From Octopus sinensis (Eukaryota), in NCBI RefSeq assembly GCF_006345805.1, contig NC_043003.1, forward strand, positions 74,462,001 to 74,526,000: a stretch of DNA of 64,000 bases. The letters are read 5' to 3'. How positions within the stretch are numbered: position 1 is the first letter of the stretch; every line of letters starts with the position of its first letter. The position numbers and the translations under genes are program-made. This document shows, one piece after another, positions 52,580-64,000 of the stretch. The notes beneath the pieces were generated by a model. The model did not search any database, was not told the origin of the DNA, and saw nothing but the letters and a program-made list of their open reading frames with translations.

Positions 52580-52993
52580 TTTTATCTCTTGTCTTTTTTG
52601 TTGTTTTAAGTCCTTTGACTGCGGCCCTGCTGGTGCACCGCTTTGAACAAATCGACCTCAGGTATTATTTTTGTCTTTTAAGCTTGGTACTTATTCTATA
52701 GGTCTCTTTTCACCGAAATATTAAATTACTGGGACGTAAACACACCAACACCGGTTGTCAGGTGGTGGTCCGGGACAAACATCGACACGAAGATACGCGC
52801 GTGCGCACATACACACATACACATAAACATATACGATGGATTTCTTTCAGCTTTCGTCTACCAAATCCACTGACAAATGTTTGGTTAACCCGAGGCTATG
52901 CTAGAAAACACTTGCCCATGGTGCTATGCAATTGAACTGAACGCAGAACCATGTGGTCGGAATGCAAGCTTGCTACCACACAACCACACTTGC
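52580..52993 (-). mobile_element. Family A SINE
   Basis: Reverse complement of the 877-1296 layout, including the internal microsatellite. Confidence 0.85.
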
Positions 52994-53015
52994 TTTTATA
53001 TAATATATTACTGCG

Positions 53016-53244
53016 GTGAGCTGACAGAATTGTTAGCACGCCGGGCGAAATGCTTAGCGGTATTTCGTCTGCCGCTACGTTCAGAGTTCAAATTGCCTCA
53101 AGGTCGACTTTGCCTTTCATCCTGTGGAGGTCGATTAAATAAGTACCAGTTTCACACTGGAGGTCGATGTAATCGACTTAATCAATTTTTCTGTCCTTGA
53201 TTGTCCCCTGTATGTTTAGACCGCCTGTGGGTAATAATGAAATA
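53016..53244 (+). mobile_element. Family B SINE with 14 bp TSD
   Basis: AATATATTACTGCG at 53002-53015 and 53245-53258. Confidence 0.92.
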
Positions 53245-53824
53245 AATATATTACTGCGTAAACCGAAACTACAATTTACATTGCCCAATAAATATTTTAA
53301 TGTTAAAAGCCGGTCTTATATTATACGTAACCTTATACAATAAAAACTCTCAATCAGATATTCAATCAAATAAATTTGCTTCCTCTGCGAAAGAGCTATA
53401 ATCCTATTCTAACATTCATGCACCTATCGGCGGAAAAAAGCCTTGGTCATTTAAAATTAACTCAAAATTAACAAAATTTCTCTACACATTCATATTTACA
53501 TATCCCTGAAAAATCTCATCCAAATGAAAGAGATTGTTAAAATATTAAAATCGGACCACTTGTGCTAATCGCCTAACAGTTTCAAAAATTGCGAACGAAA
53601 ATATCTTCTATGTATCCATGTAAGTCTCTCAGCTGTCTACCTAAATCTAATTATTTTCTTTATGTTAAATCACTGGAGAAAACTGATCTTCCATTTACTA
53701 TCTGTTTAAGTCGGTTGAAAGTCAACAGAAATAACACAACATGGGAATGGATACATTCATTGTATGTGCACCTATGTTTGCGAAAAGGTAATTATACTCT
53801 CCCACTTTCCCTCTCTCCTTCTCA

Positions 53825-53872
<48 letters not shown>

Positions 53873-53995
53873 GACACAAACGCACACATTCACATATTTA
53901 TACAAAATTTTAAATTCCATTGCAGCCAGTGTCTTGTAGCAACATACCAGATGTTGACAGACGTATGTGTTTGTGTGTTTGTGTGTGTGTGTGTG

Positions 53996-54026
<31 letters not shown>

Positions 54027-54269
54027 GTGTGTGTATGTATCTGTGTATGAGGAATTCTCTTGTCGTGAACGACAAATGAGGTTTCAGTAAAATAAAACAC
54101 CACTTATGTTCTATGAACAAGAATGTGTCCATGGAGGCTTGCTGGTGCCTTGCAAGCCATCTGACAAATGGGACAAGTTGAGGACTCAATTTGCTTTAGT
54201 GCTTGTAGATCATTCAGTATATATTTTCTTGGGAGGATGGGAAGTTCTGCTTTGCTTCTTGGTACAAAA

Positions 54270-54990
54270 CCACAATGAAAAATAAGGTTTCCATTTAGAG
54301 GAACATCGGTTTGCCAGCGTTGTTTAATGATTCTACGAAGCTGGTCCCGATGTTAGGGTCGACTTTGCTAAAATCATTGACCTAGCACTACGTCCTGCGT
54401 CTTGATGCCTTGTTTTCCCAGAAAGAAAAGGGAACGTTGCATCGCTTCAGATTGTGTTTTAGTTTGTCTTTGAAGCGCAAGACTGGCCTTCCAACTGACC
54501 TTCCTGTTGGGAATGTGCCAAAGAGAATCTGGTTGAGAATTCTGATATCACTCATACGTGAGAGATGACCTGACCATCTAAGCGTTTTTGATAAGGATGG
54601 ATTCAATACATGACATGTTGCATATTGTTAGTACGTCACTGTTATGGATATGGTCAATCAGTTTTGTTGGAGATATTATAGAATCATGGCCCATGAAAAA
54701 TATCAAGCTGGTTGATATGCATTCTGTACAGATTCAGCACTATAAAGCAATGTTCTCAAAACCAACTACTTTCACCTCCAACGATATGTGGTTTTTGTTC
54801 CATAGCGTGTTGTAAAGCGTACCGAAAACGGAGCTAGGCTTCCCAATTTTGGACTCAATTCCTTTATCTATCTTAGCATCACTGAACAAAGATGTGTGAA
54901 GAAGTTATGTAACACAGTGCCTCAAAACTAGTCTTGGGAAATAAAGCTTCTCAAAAGCAGAAACTAGAAAGCTGAGTCGAAGACTACAGA
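54270..54990 (-). mobile_element. RTE-clade LINE 3' fragment
   Basis: LRWSGHLSRMSDIRILNQILFG..RSVGRPVLRFKDKLK; upstream DAKIDKGIESKIGK...NHISLEVK. Confidence 0.88.
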
Positions 54991-55476
54991 TCCATTCTAT
55001 CACTGGAACTGTAAAAATCTGTAAAACTTTCCAGAAGTTCTGTCATTTAAATATATATGAGCATGTCTACATATGCAACTATAGCCATGAGAATACATAC
55101 GTAAGACGAAGCATACAGATCTGCACATGAAAATACATATAAGCACGCATACACACACGCACACACACTCAAAGGATAAATGAAAGGAAAAGCAATTAAC
55201 CACATTATTTAAAATCACAATAATTATTTCGTCTCATTTTTATACTTATAGTACTTGAGTGAGATGGTGTGCAATCATTACCCTTATCAGGTATCTTTTC
55301 CATTATAAAGAGTATTTGAACTCTATGATGACGTGAGGTAGCCAATAACAGGGCAAATATATATATATAGTGTACATTAAAACACATTAAGAGGCTTCCA
55401 TCATAGGAGTCCATTACGCTAGAAAGAACAGTTAAGTCCAAACAATTTCTATAATTTTTATTACCCTTATATTATT

Positions 55477-55514
<38 letters not shown>

Positions 55515-55859
55515 CAGACTCTGTTATAGAAACTCAATTGATTAATATGTAGTTTTTTCACGCCCATTGCCTCTGAAGATATTCTACTCTAAATATTCAA
55601 AACGCAAACTTATTTCATGGTATATGTTTGTAATTTGTGTTGATTGTCGATTGAAACAGTCGTAGACCTTATAAAAGATGACAATAAATTAATTTATGTT
55701 CATTCCGTTACCACATTTACTTAATTAAATATATTTGATATTTATAATATGCCTATTTTCATATTGAAGAGATGTTTCTTAACAATATAATATATTAAAC
55801 CAGTGTAACTTGGATGAAACCATCCCCGTAAGAGGTTTATGTATCTACATAGTGATTAT

Positions 55860-56291
55860 ATGTTTTTTTGTGAATTCTCCACATATATTACTCGCTCACG
55901 TAGTCACTCCAGTTGATCCTGTCTCCTCTCATTACTCAACGAAGTTGTACACCTCCTAAACTGGAATATTCTTCTTGGATTCTCTACCTGGACTTTCTAC
56001 TCTCGTACACTTCAGCTGAAATTCTCCTGCCCATGGATTACACTGAACTCCTCTGTTGATGAGAAATCGCTCTAATACACTACGACGTTCGAAGCGTTTT
56101 AACCTTTTGAACTTTCTTAACTTTTTGTAGTTTCTAAACATTTTTTTGTCTCCTTGTTTCTTTCCGTGTCCTTTCTATGGAAGAGCGCAGGCTCGAACCG
56201 TTAAAGACCTTTTCACATCCCGAGCGTCAAACTAATACATATGTCTGTTTGCTACACCACCTATCATCGTCTTTTGTTTTTTTTGTGAATC

Positions 56292-56292
<1 letters not shown>
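55860..56292 (+). mobile_element. Penelope pLTR-like repeat with hammerhead-like motif at 56168-56208
   Basis: GTC-C-TTT-CTATGGA-A-GAGC(GCAG)GCTC-GAACC-GTT-AAA-GAC; the terminal TTTTTGTGAAT..CTC occurs at both ~55865 and ~56280. Confidence 0.65.
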
Positions 56293-56342
<50 letters not shown>

Positions 56343-56362
56343 CATATATATATTATATATAT

Positions 56363-56442
<80 letters not shown>

Positions 56443-59100
56443 TATGTTTCTAAATGAGTTTTCCTTATTAAATATATGGACAGCACAGGATTTTTGTCAA
56501 ACCATTTCTAACATTTCAACGTATCAATATTTTACTTATAGAAACTCCTCTACAAATACTCTTTCAAATTTTGTCTCATAGTTTCCATAGGTAGTAACGT
56601 TATAGCCTGTTTTTCTATTTAAAAAGTTCCTGGTAAGACAACCAGCTTTCAATCCTTGCAATTAGTAGCGCAAGAAACAAACATATGCAGATGTGGTGTT
56701 TGTATATCGGCGTATCTGTTAATACGCATTACATAGTTTTGAGTTTACTGCTTTTCTAACGTGACGTATTTCTCGATACTATATTTCCAAATTTTCCTGA
56801 GTATCATAGACCTCTCTGAACAGTAATTGAACTGTTTTTAGAAAACACTGAGCCGGAAACATTGTTTTGTCTTACGAAAGGTTATTGCAAGTCTTTGACG
56901 CTCTTTTATTTATTGATTTTCCCTAAAATGTTTTCTTAACGTAAATCCTACAGTGCATTGGGCAGGTGACTATTTTCTGTTAAACAGAGTTCCTTATGTG
57001 GAAGAAGCACGGTGAAAATGTAATGAAACCTATCATAAAAAGCATTATTTTGCCTGGTTTAATCTACTGATTAAAGCTAATTCCTGGCTGCTTTACAACC
57101 TCTACTCGTGTAACACTACCACCTAGGTCTTCTGAATTTCTTGTTTGCTTTTTTCTTTTTGTAATGCTGTCTTTTTTTCAACTATTACGAAGCAGTTTTC
57201 TCTCTTGGGCTAACTTTCTTTCCCTCAGCAATCTCGAATATACTGTGAAAAGCATGGATCCTGGCGAAGCTCCCCCACCATTAAGTTCATTAAGGTATAT
57301 GAGGAATTCATAACGTGGTGTATTCCATTCCACCAGGACATTCCAAGATGATTTTAAGATTTCGATACAGATTCATTAAATATGCTGACCGCTGCAAAGT
57401 TTGTATCTAATTACCACTGGGCTAATAAATATATATGTTATGCTCATTAAATCTAATTAATGGAAGACAAAATAATTATACACAGCACTGGCGCTGATTT
57501 CCGTTGATTATTCCGATTACAAATAATCGTGTCATCTGTAGAAACCAAGACATACATGGAATTTTAATTTTATTGCTACTGTCACCTTTATGTAGCTCCA
57601 TGCTGGCTCTGATCTAGTTGGCCTTCTAAATGCAGTTGTGGTATCTTTTATATGTATACAAGAAACACGGGAACTTATTCATCATTTTGTTTTTCTTTAA
57701 GATTCTCTGAGGTTATTTCAGGGGATATTTTGTTGTCATTTCTAAGAGGTAGAGAAAATATAAAGAACATTTAAGAAGAATATTTGAAAGCTATAGATTT
57801 CTTGATGTGTCATTTAGCAACATATATTAACAATGGGTATTTTGGAACTAACTCTACTAATTGATTGGTATATTTATTGTGCGTGGACAATAATGAAAGT
57901 CCTAAGTCGACAAAGACGAAAATTGAAATTTGATAAAACAAAATTAATATAAGTGCTTTTGTCTAATGGTCTATTTATTTTGGTATCACGAAACATCTAA
58001 TTAACGTTCTTGGTTTATTCCTGTGATTAATTTGACACCATTAGAATCAGTGATAATACTTCAATATCAACACTTGGAATATAATTCTAATATTCATTCC
58101 AATCACATAACGAAATTGCTGCTATTGTTACAGCTGTCGTTTTTTTTTTGTCGCTGTTGTTGATGCTGACGTTTGCGTTGTCATTGTTGTTGTTTTGTCT
58201 AACATTCTCCTAAATCTATCAATCATATAATGACGATTGGCATCACCTCTCCTGACAAAATGTGTTTCGTAACAGATGATAGACTATATTGTGCCATCAA
58301 TTAACTCTTGTAGTTTCTGTACACTTTAATATAAAATATGTCACATATGATTAATAAGATTATTGCTAGCTGCAGGGGTTCCATGAAAATAAATACGTAT
58401 GTTACTATGATATTCCAATCATAAAATGTATAGACATTTGATATTGTTGTTGAAACCACTGGGCTGGTTATTTCTTCAAGTAACGTAACCCGGAGTAAAA
58501 CCTTGATATATAATCTTCTATATCAACATTTGAACAAATACTCTTCTTGGAAACAACACAAGAATTTATGATATACACAACAACATTTTATAACAGAAAT
58601 ACGAAGAGTTTATGACAATAGATTTCCCTGGGGTAAAAATCGATCTTAGCACAAGGAGGTAACCTAATAAATTACATTAGTTGATTACATGAGTTGATGG
58701 TTATAATATCACAGCTTGTAACATATCCCATTTAGATAAACTTACCTCTACACTGGAAATTATACGATGCAAGCCCCTTTCTTTATGTCACTTGTTTACG
58801 AAACAATCATCAATCTACGTATCCACAGTTAGGGACGTAGTGTAAGCCTTCATTTCGCTCATTGTTACACGAAAGTGTTTTTTTTTCGTTCCCACTGTAG
58901 AATATCGTAAGCAAGTGACATGTACCATAGCCTCTTGTTAGTCAAAAAATTCTTAACGTTTGTTGTTAGAGAGATACACTCGAAAAACCGTCGCAGCCAC
59001 CGTTTTTGATTTTGTCTGGTAGACATAATATCTAGTATGTTAAACATCATATTTATTCATTGGAACTTTTCACATAATTTAATACATTGCAAGTATATAA

Positions 59101-59315
59101 GGCATCGAGCAGGGAAAATAGTTGGTTTGCCTGTCAAAATATCTAGTGGTATTTTGTCTGTCTTTATCTTCTGGGTTCATATGCCATCGAGGTCGAATTT
59201 GCCTTTCATCATTTCGGGGTCGATAAAACAAGTACCAGATTATCACTGGCCTATTTCCTCGATTTAAACCATCACCTGTCATTACTGGCTAGTGTCAAAA
59301 TATGAAACCAATATT
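59101..59315 (+). mobile_element. Decayed family B SINE
   Basis: GGGTTCATATGCCATCGAGGTCGAATTTGCCTTTCATCATTTCGGGGTCGATAAAACAAGTACCAG. Confidence 0.8.
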
Positions 59316-60997
59316 TTATATGTATTTGTGACAGTTTTCCACTTTAAGCAAAAGTTCTCTATTTTTCTTATCAGTATAGAGAGCTCTCAAACGTTTCCTT
59401 GGACCTACTCATCTCCAAATCTCTGGGCTGTAAGTGAAATATTATGAGATCATTCCATTAACTAAATAAGTTTGTTTGTTTACATTCCTTCCACTAACCT
59501 CTCAATGGTGGATGCCCTGTATTCCTACATTTTTCATTACACTATGTAGCCAATCAGTATATTCTAATGACTGGTACGTTGGCCATATTCTCATATCATA
59601 ACTAGTTTGACAATAGACGACGACATTACGTTTTACTTACACGAAACCACACTCTAGCACCAACAAACAAACATTGTCTACATGGTGATGGTTTTGAATT
59701 TTAGGAAGATATTAATAAACTTTGTTCGTGTCAACGAAGATTCCATAAAATAAAATATCAAGTATACATATAACTCCGTAAAAAGACGACACATTTTTGA
59801 ACAATCATTAAAAAGGCACCTGTGACATTTCAAATCAGAAGTTTGGATTCAGGAATTTCTTGTGAAAGGTCAAATACAACAACGTGAATATAGGTCACTG
59901 TTTGTTTTCAGCAACAATATCGAGTGAAATGAATTATTTATAAAAATAAAAATTCAGCGTCGAAATGTATTGTATTATTTATAAAGCTAGACTGTTAAAG
60001 ATGACCAATATGCTAGAGCGATTAAATTCATACGATATAATATCGAATTAGGTCCTAACTGTTCGAAGACTAAATCCCATAAGTAAACGCAGAATAAATA
60101 AAAGCACACATACATTAACAGAGATGTCTCTCTGATATGTCTCAGAGACCTGTGTGTGTGTTTGTATGTTTGTGGGTGCTTGAGTATGTATGTGTGTGTA
60201 TGTGTGTATATGCGTGTATGTGTGTATATGTGTGCATGTGTATGTATATGTGCGTATGTGTGTATATGCGTGTATGTGTGTATATGTGTGTATGTGTGCG
60301 TGGTTGTTTGTGTGTGTGCATTTTTGAACGTTTGTGTGTATACTTTGTAGCTGGAAATGTTTCCACTTTGGATAGCTAGTTCTTTTTTTTTGCAACTTAT
60401 TCTACAGCTGTCATTGTTTTAATTGCCAAATCGTCAGTTATTATGTTCATTGCTTCATATGTATGTTTCGTCTCCCATAGGCCAATTCAGAAGTCATTGT
60501 GTTTCATTTTGTCTGTTAATAGTCGCATCTTATTTACAAAGATTAAGACATTTTATGGCTTCGTGTTTCGTTAAATCTGTTTAATTTCCTGCTAGTATTT
60601 ATATGCTATTTCAGCAGCGTTTCTGTATCTGCCTGTTGATTGCGTCATGAATATCCTGCTATGCTAAATGTGTCAACGGGATAAATTTATAATTCATAAG
60701 TGACATCACATACATACATATATACATCCATCCATCCATACATACATATGTATATATATATATATGTGTGAGTGTGTGTGAGTGTGTGTGTGTGTGTGTT
60801 TTGAGAGGTAATGGTGTCAAGAAGACCCAAATGTGTCAGGTAATGTGTGAGTAAATGCTATGGAAAGACAATAGTTAAGCTCCAGGTTCGGTGATTATGC
60901 GAATGAGGAGTCCAACGTAGGTCATATAGGCTTGCATATATATAAAAAAAAAAATTAACAGAATGAGATAAAAATCCAAAGCTGCGAAAGATTAAAG

Positions 60998-61383
60998 AAC
61001 AGCTGTTCCCAGAATATTTTATATATCCCTTCCTCGGAGACAGTGTGAGAAAATGTTTAAGCAATAGTTATTTTAGAGAAGATATGAAATAGAGTGAAGT
61101 GGAGGAGTGAAAACTGACGCGAGATATGCAGGGATATTGTATCTGCAGTTCCATTATTTAGGCAGAATGTTATACATACAACTTTCCTGTATACTTATGT
61201 GCATACCATTCTGCCTAAATAATGGAACTGCAGATAAAATGTCCCTGCATATATCATGCCTGTTTCATTCGTCCACTTCACTCTCTATTTCATATCTTCT
61301 CTAGAACAACAATTTCTTAACCATTCTCTCACACCGTCTCCGATGAAGGGATATATAAAATATCCCGGAAACAGCTGGAAGAC
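60998..61383. mobile_element. ~385 bp fold-back element with outward-facing hammerhead-like motifs at both ends
   Basis: Arms 60998-61169 and 61207-61378, about 88-94% identical by hand count apart from a more diverged ~17 bp stretch, around a 37 nt loop. Confidence 0.9.
61336..61383 (+). ncRNA. Minimal type-I hammerhead motif (U16.1 mutated in this copy)
   Basis: GTCT-CCGATGA-A-GGGATAT(ATAAA)ATATCCC-G-GAAAC-AGCT-GGA-AGAC: helix I GTCT/AGAC, 7 bp helix II, palindromic AGCT loop III. Confidence 0.75.
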
Positions 61384-61446
61384 CTCTTTATAAATGTTCT
61401 GACATCTTTCACAGCCTTGGATGTTTATCTCCTTCTGTTAATATAT

Positions 61447-61515
<69 letters not shown>

Positions 61516-62543
61516 TTCTATTTATATATCCTTGTGTTTATTTTGCATATGGCACATACCTGCTGGCGCAGTGGAAGGCGATATAAAATACCCACTAATA
61601 CCAAGCCTATTCGGTAACGTAACTCAGATGGCGCCAATTTATTGCCCGGAATATGTGTTCCGGGTTTATAAGCTTTTACTCGCCATTTCATTTATGAAAA
61701 AGCCAATTAATTAGAGGAACAGAGGAAGCGGGGCGGCGTTTTAATCCCTTGTCAGCTAAACGTTTTTCATCCCTCTTTCACACTATCTTTTCTCTATCTC
61801 TCAGCCTTTTTTTTTCTTTCTCTGCCCCCTGTGTTCCTCAGTTTTTGTTTATTCTTCATGTTTCATTTCTGCACACACTTGACTGAATACAACTCACAAT
61901 TTTATCTCTTTGTTTTCTTTCTCTTTCCTACTTCCTCTCAGTGTCCACCTGCGTTGATATGTAAATAACAAAACTAACCTCTTCATAGTTCTTGCCTTCT
62001 ATCGATACATCCATCAATTTAGTAGTTTGCAGGAATTCACAAGTACCACCCATTAATCCAGCAGATCATTTTCATTGGTGTGGAATAATTAATATCCTGA
62101 ATGCTAATGATTTGTAGGTAAGTGGTATTTCGCTATGCAGCCATAATACACTATAAAGTATATTAAATGTTTTTATGCCAAGAGCATGTTCTACTGCGTT
62201 AGCAGTTCATTTTTGCATTATTTTTTTAAGGTTATTTCTAGAGAATATCTGTATAAATAACCTTAAAATAATATCCTGAAGTCTAAACAAGGCACTCCTA
62301 AGTATATTAATGCAAAATTGCCTGAAGAAGTATGCATGTCGAATTAATGGACTCTCCTAGATCACATGGATACTATAAATAATATTTCATAACCTATGGA
62401 TGCGGTGAGAGAGTCCCTTAAAAATCAGGCCATACAGAAACATATCTAGTACTTCATTAATAAAAATAAAAAAAACATGCTTCCGCGAAATTCCTATCGT
62501 TATATATGTGTATATTTCATCATCAATATTATATATATGTATG

Positions 62544-62643
<100 letters not shown>

Positions 62644-62649
62644 AAAGAG

Positions 62650-62850
62650 TGGAATATAATTAATTTAATAAAATTAATCAATTTCACCTAGTAGATTTAT
62701 CGGTATGGAAAAGACCATATTTGGTAAGGGTTATAATAATTATAATTAAGGGTTAAATGCAACAAGTTGCTCAAAACCACATACCGAAAATATTAGAAAT
62801 AGCAGCCAAAATTGATCACTATTTCCTCTACTAATAAAAAGTCTCCACAA
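62650..62850 (-). mobile_element. Diverged copy of the 35.4-35.6 kb repeat family
   Basis: CTAATATTTTCGGTATGTGGTTTTGAGCAACTTGTTGC... aligns to 35440-35590. Confidence 0.7.
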
Positions 62851-63057
62851 ACAAACAGAATTTGTAAGCTGTATATGGCAAAAAAGGTAGAAAATAACGA
62901 AATCCCAGCCTATGGATTAATTATAGACGACTCATTTCTGGATTAGAACCGAAGGTTCATTTCCTTGTCAATATAATATTTCCTATAGATCTAGAAATGC
63001 TATGTATGTATGTGTGCATGTATGTATTTATTAGTGATTATTGTTGCTTTGTAGAAA

Positions 63058-63480
<423 letters not shown>

Positions 63481-64000
63481 ACATTCTCTCATTTCCTGTT
63501 TTCTTCATTTTAAAATAAAGTATGGCACTTTAGAATTTACATCTTTATATGCGGCATTTATGCTGGCGGTCAGTACTTTTAATTCACCGTATGATCTACC
63601 GGACTTCAAACGTCTGTCACCGATTTGTCAAGTACTCTGAAATGCTTGCAATTTTCTATAAAGTCCTCTTGACCTCTGTTGATAAATAAGATTCAAAGCC
63701 AAAGATTCAAATGTCTGTATTATATTTTCTCACTCTGTCGTTCACGTAAAGGCAAAAAATATTCCTCCCTGGTAATATTTGAAGATAAAAGAGAATATAT
63801 TCACACTGCCAGACAGACATGATAATGATGAGAATTGAATTTGACCAAGTTCTTTTATTCTTTATGGAAATTTCATAAATTAGATGTGCAAGTAAATGTA
63901 AATGTGTGTGTGTGCGCGCGTGTGTGTGTGTGTGTATGTGTGTGTGCTGCAGGACGTAACTATTGAGTGTGCAGAATATGAAATAAAATGTTTTAAAGAT

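Overview
AT-rich, extremely microsatellite-dense metazoan DNA. The SINE families and repeat landscape look like an octopod cephalopod (probably Octopus); this is pattern recognition, not a database result. I can identify no host protein-coding gene. The window is a stack of mobile elements: at least three tRNA-derived SINE families, a full-length but broken R4/Dong-clade retrotransposon inserted in (TAA)n (12479-16406) plus two other R4 fragments, RTE and CR1/L2 fragments, four mariner remnants, a Chapaev3-like DNA transposon, a decayed Helitron, a Ty3/Gypsy gag fragment and a Penelope-like GIY-YIG fragment. The most notable signal lies outside the ORF track: about ten minimal type-I hammerhead-ribozyme-like motifs from several different short non-coding repeat families. 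Most have a palindromic helix III (dimer-type), and all three short fold-back elements (20, 35 and 61 kb) carry one. This suggests an abundant Penelope-derived, retrozyme-like system; nearly all copies carry core substitutions and none has been tested for cleavage. Also notable are a 1.5 kb palindrome/inverted triplication of the R4 5' end, an RTE copy with twin-priming-like inversion, and a coding-like low-complexity insert in the Chapaev-like transposase.
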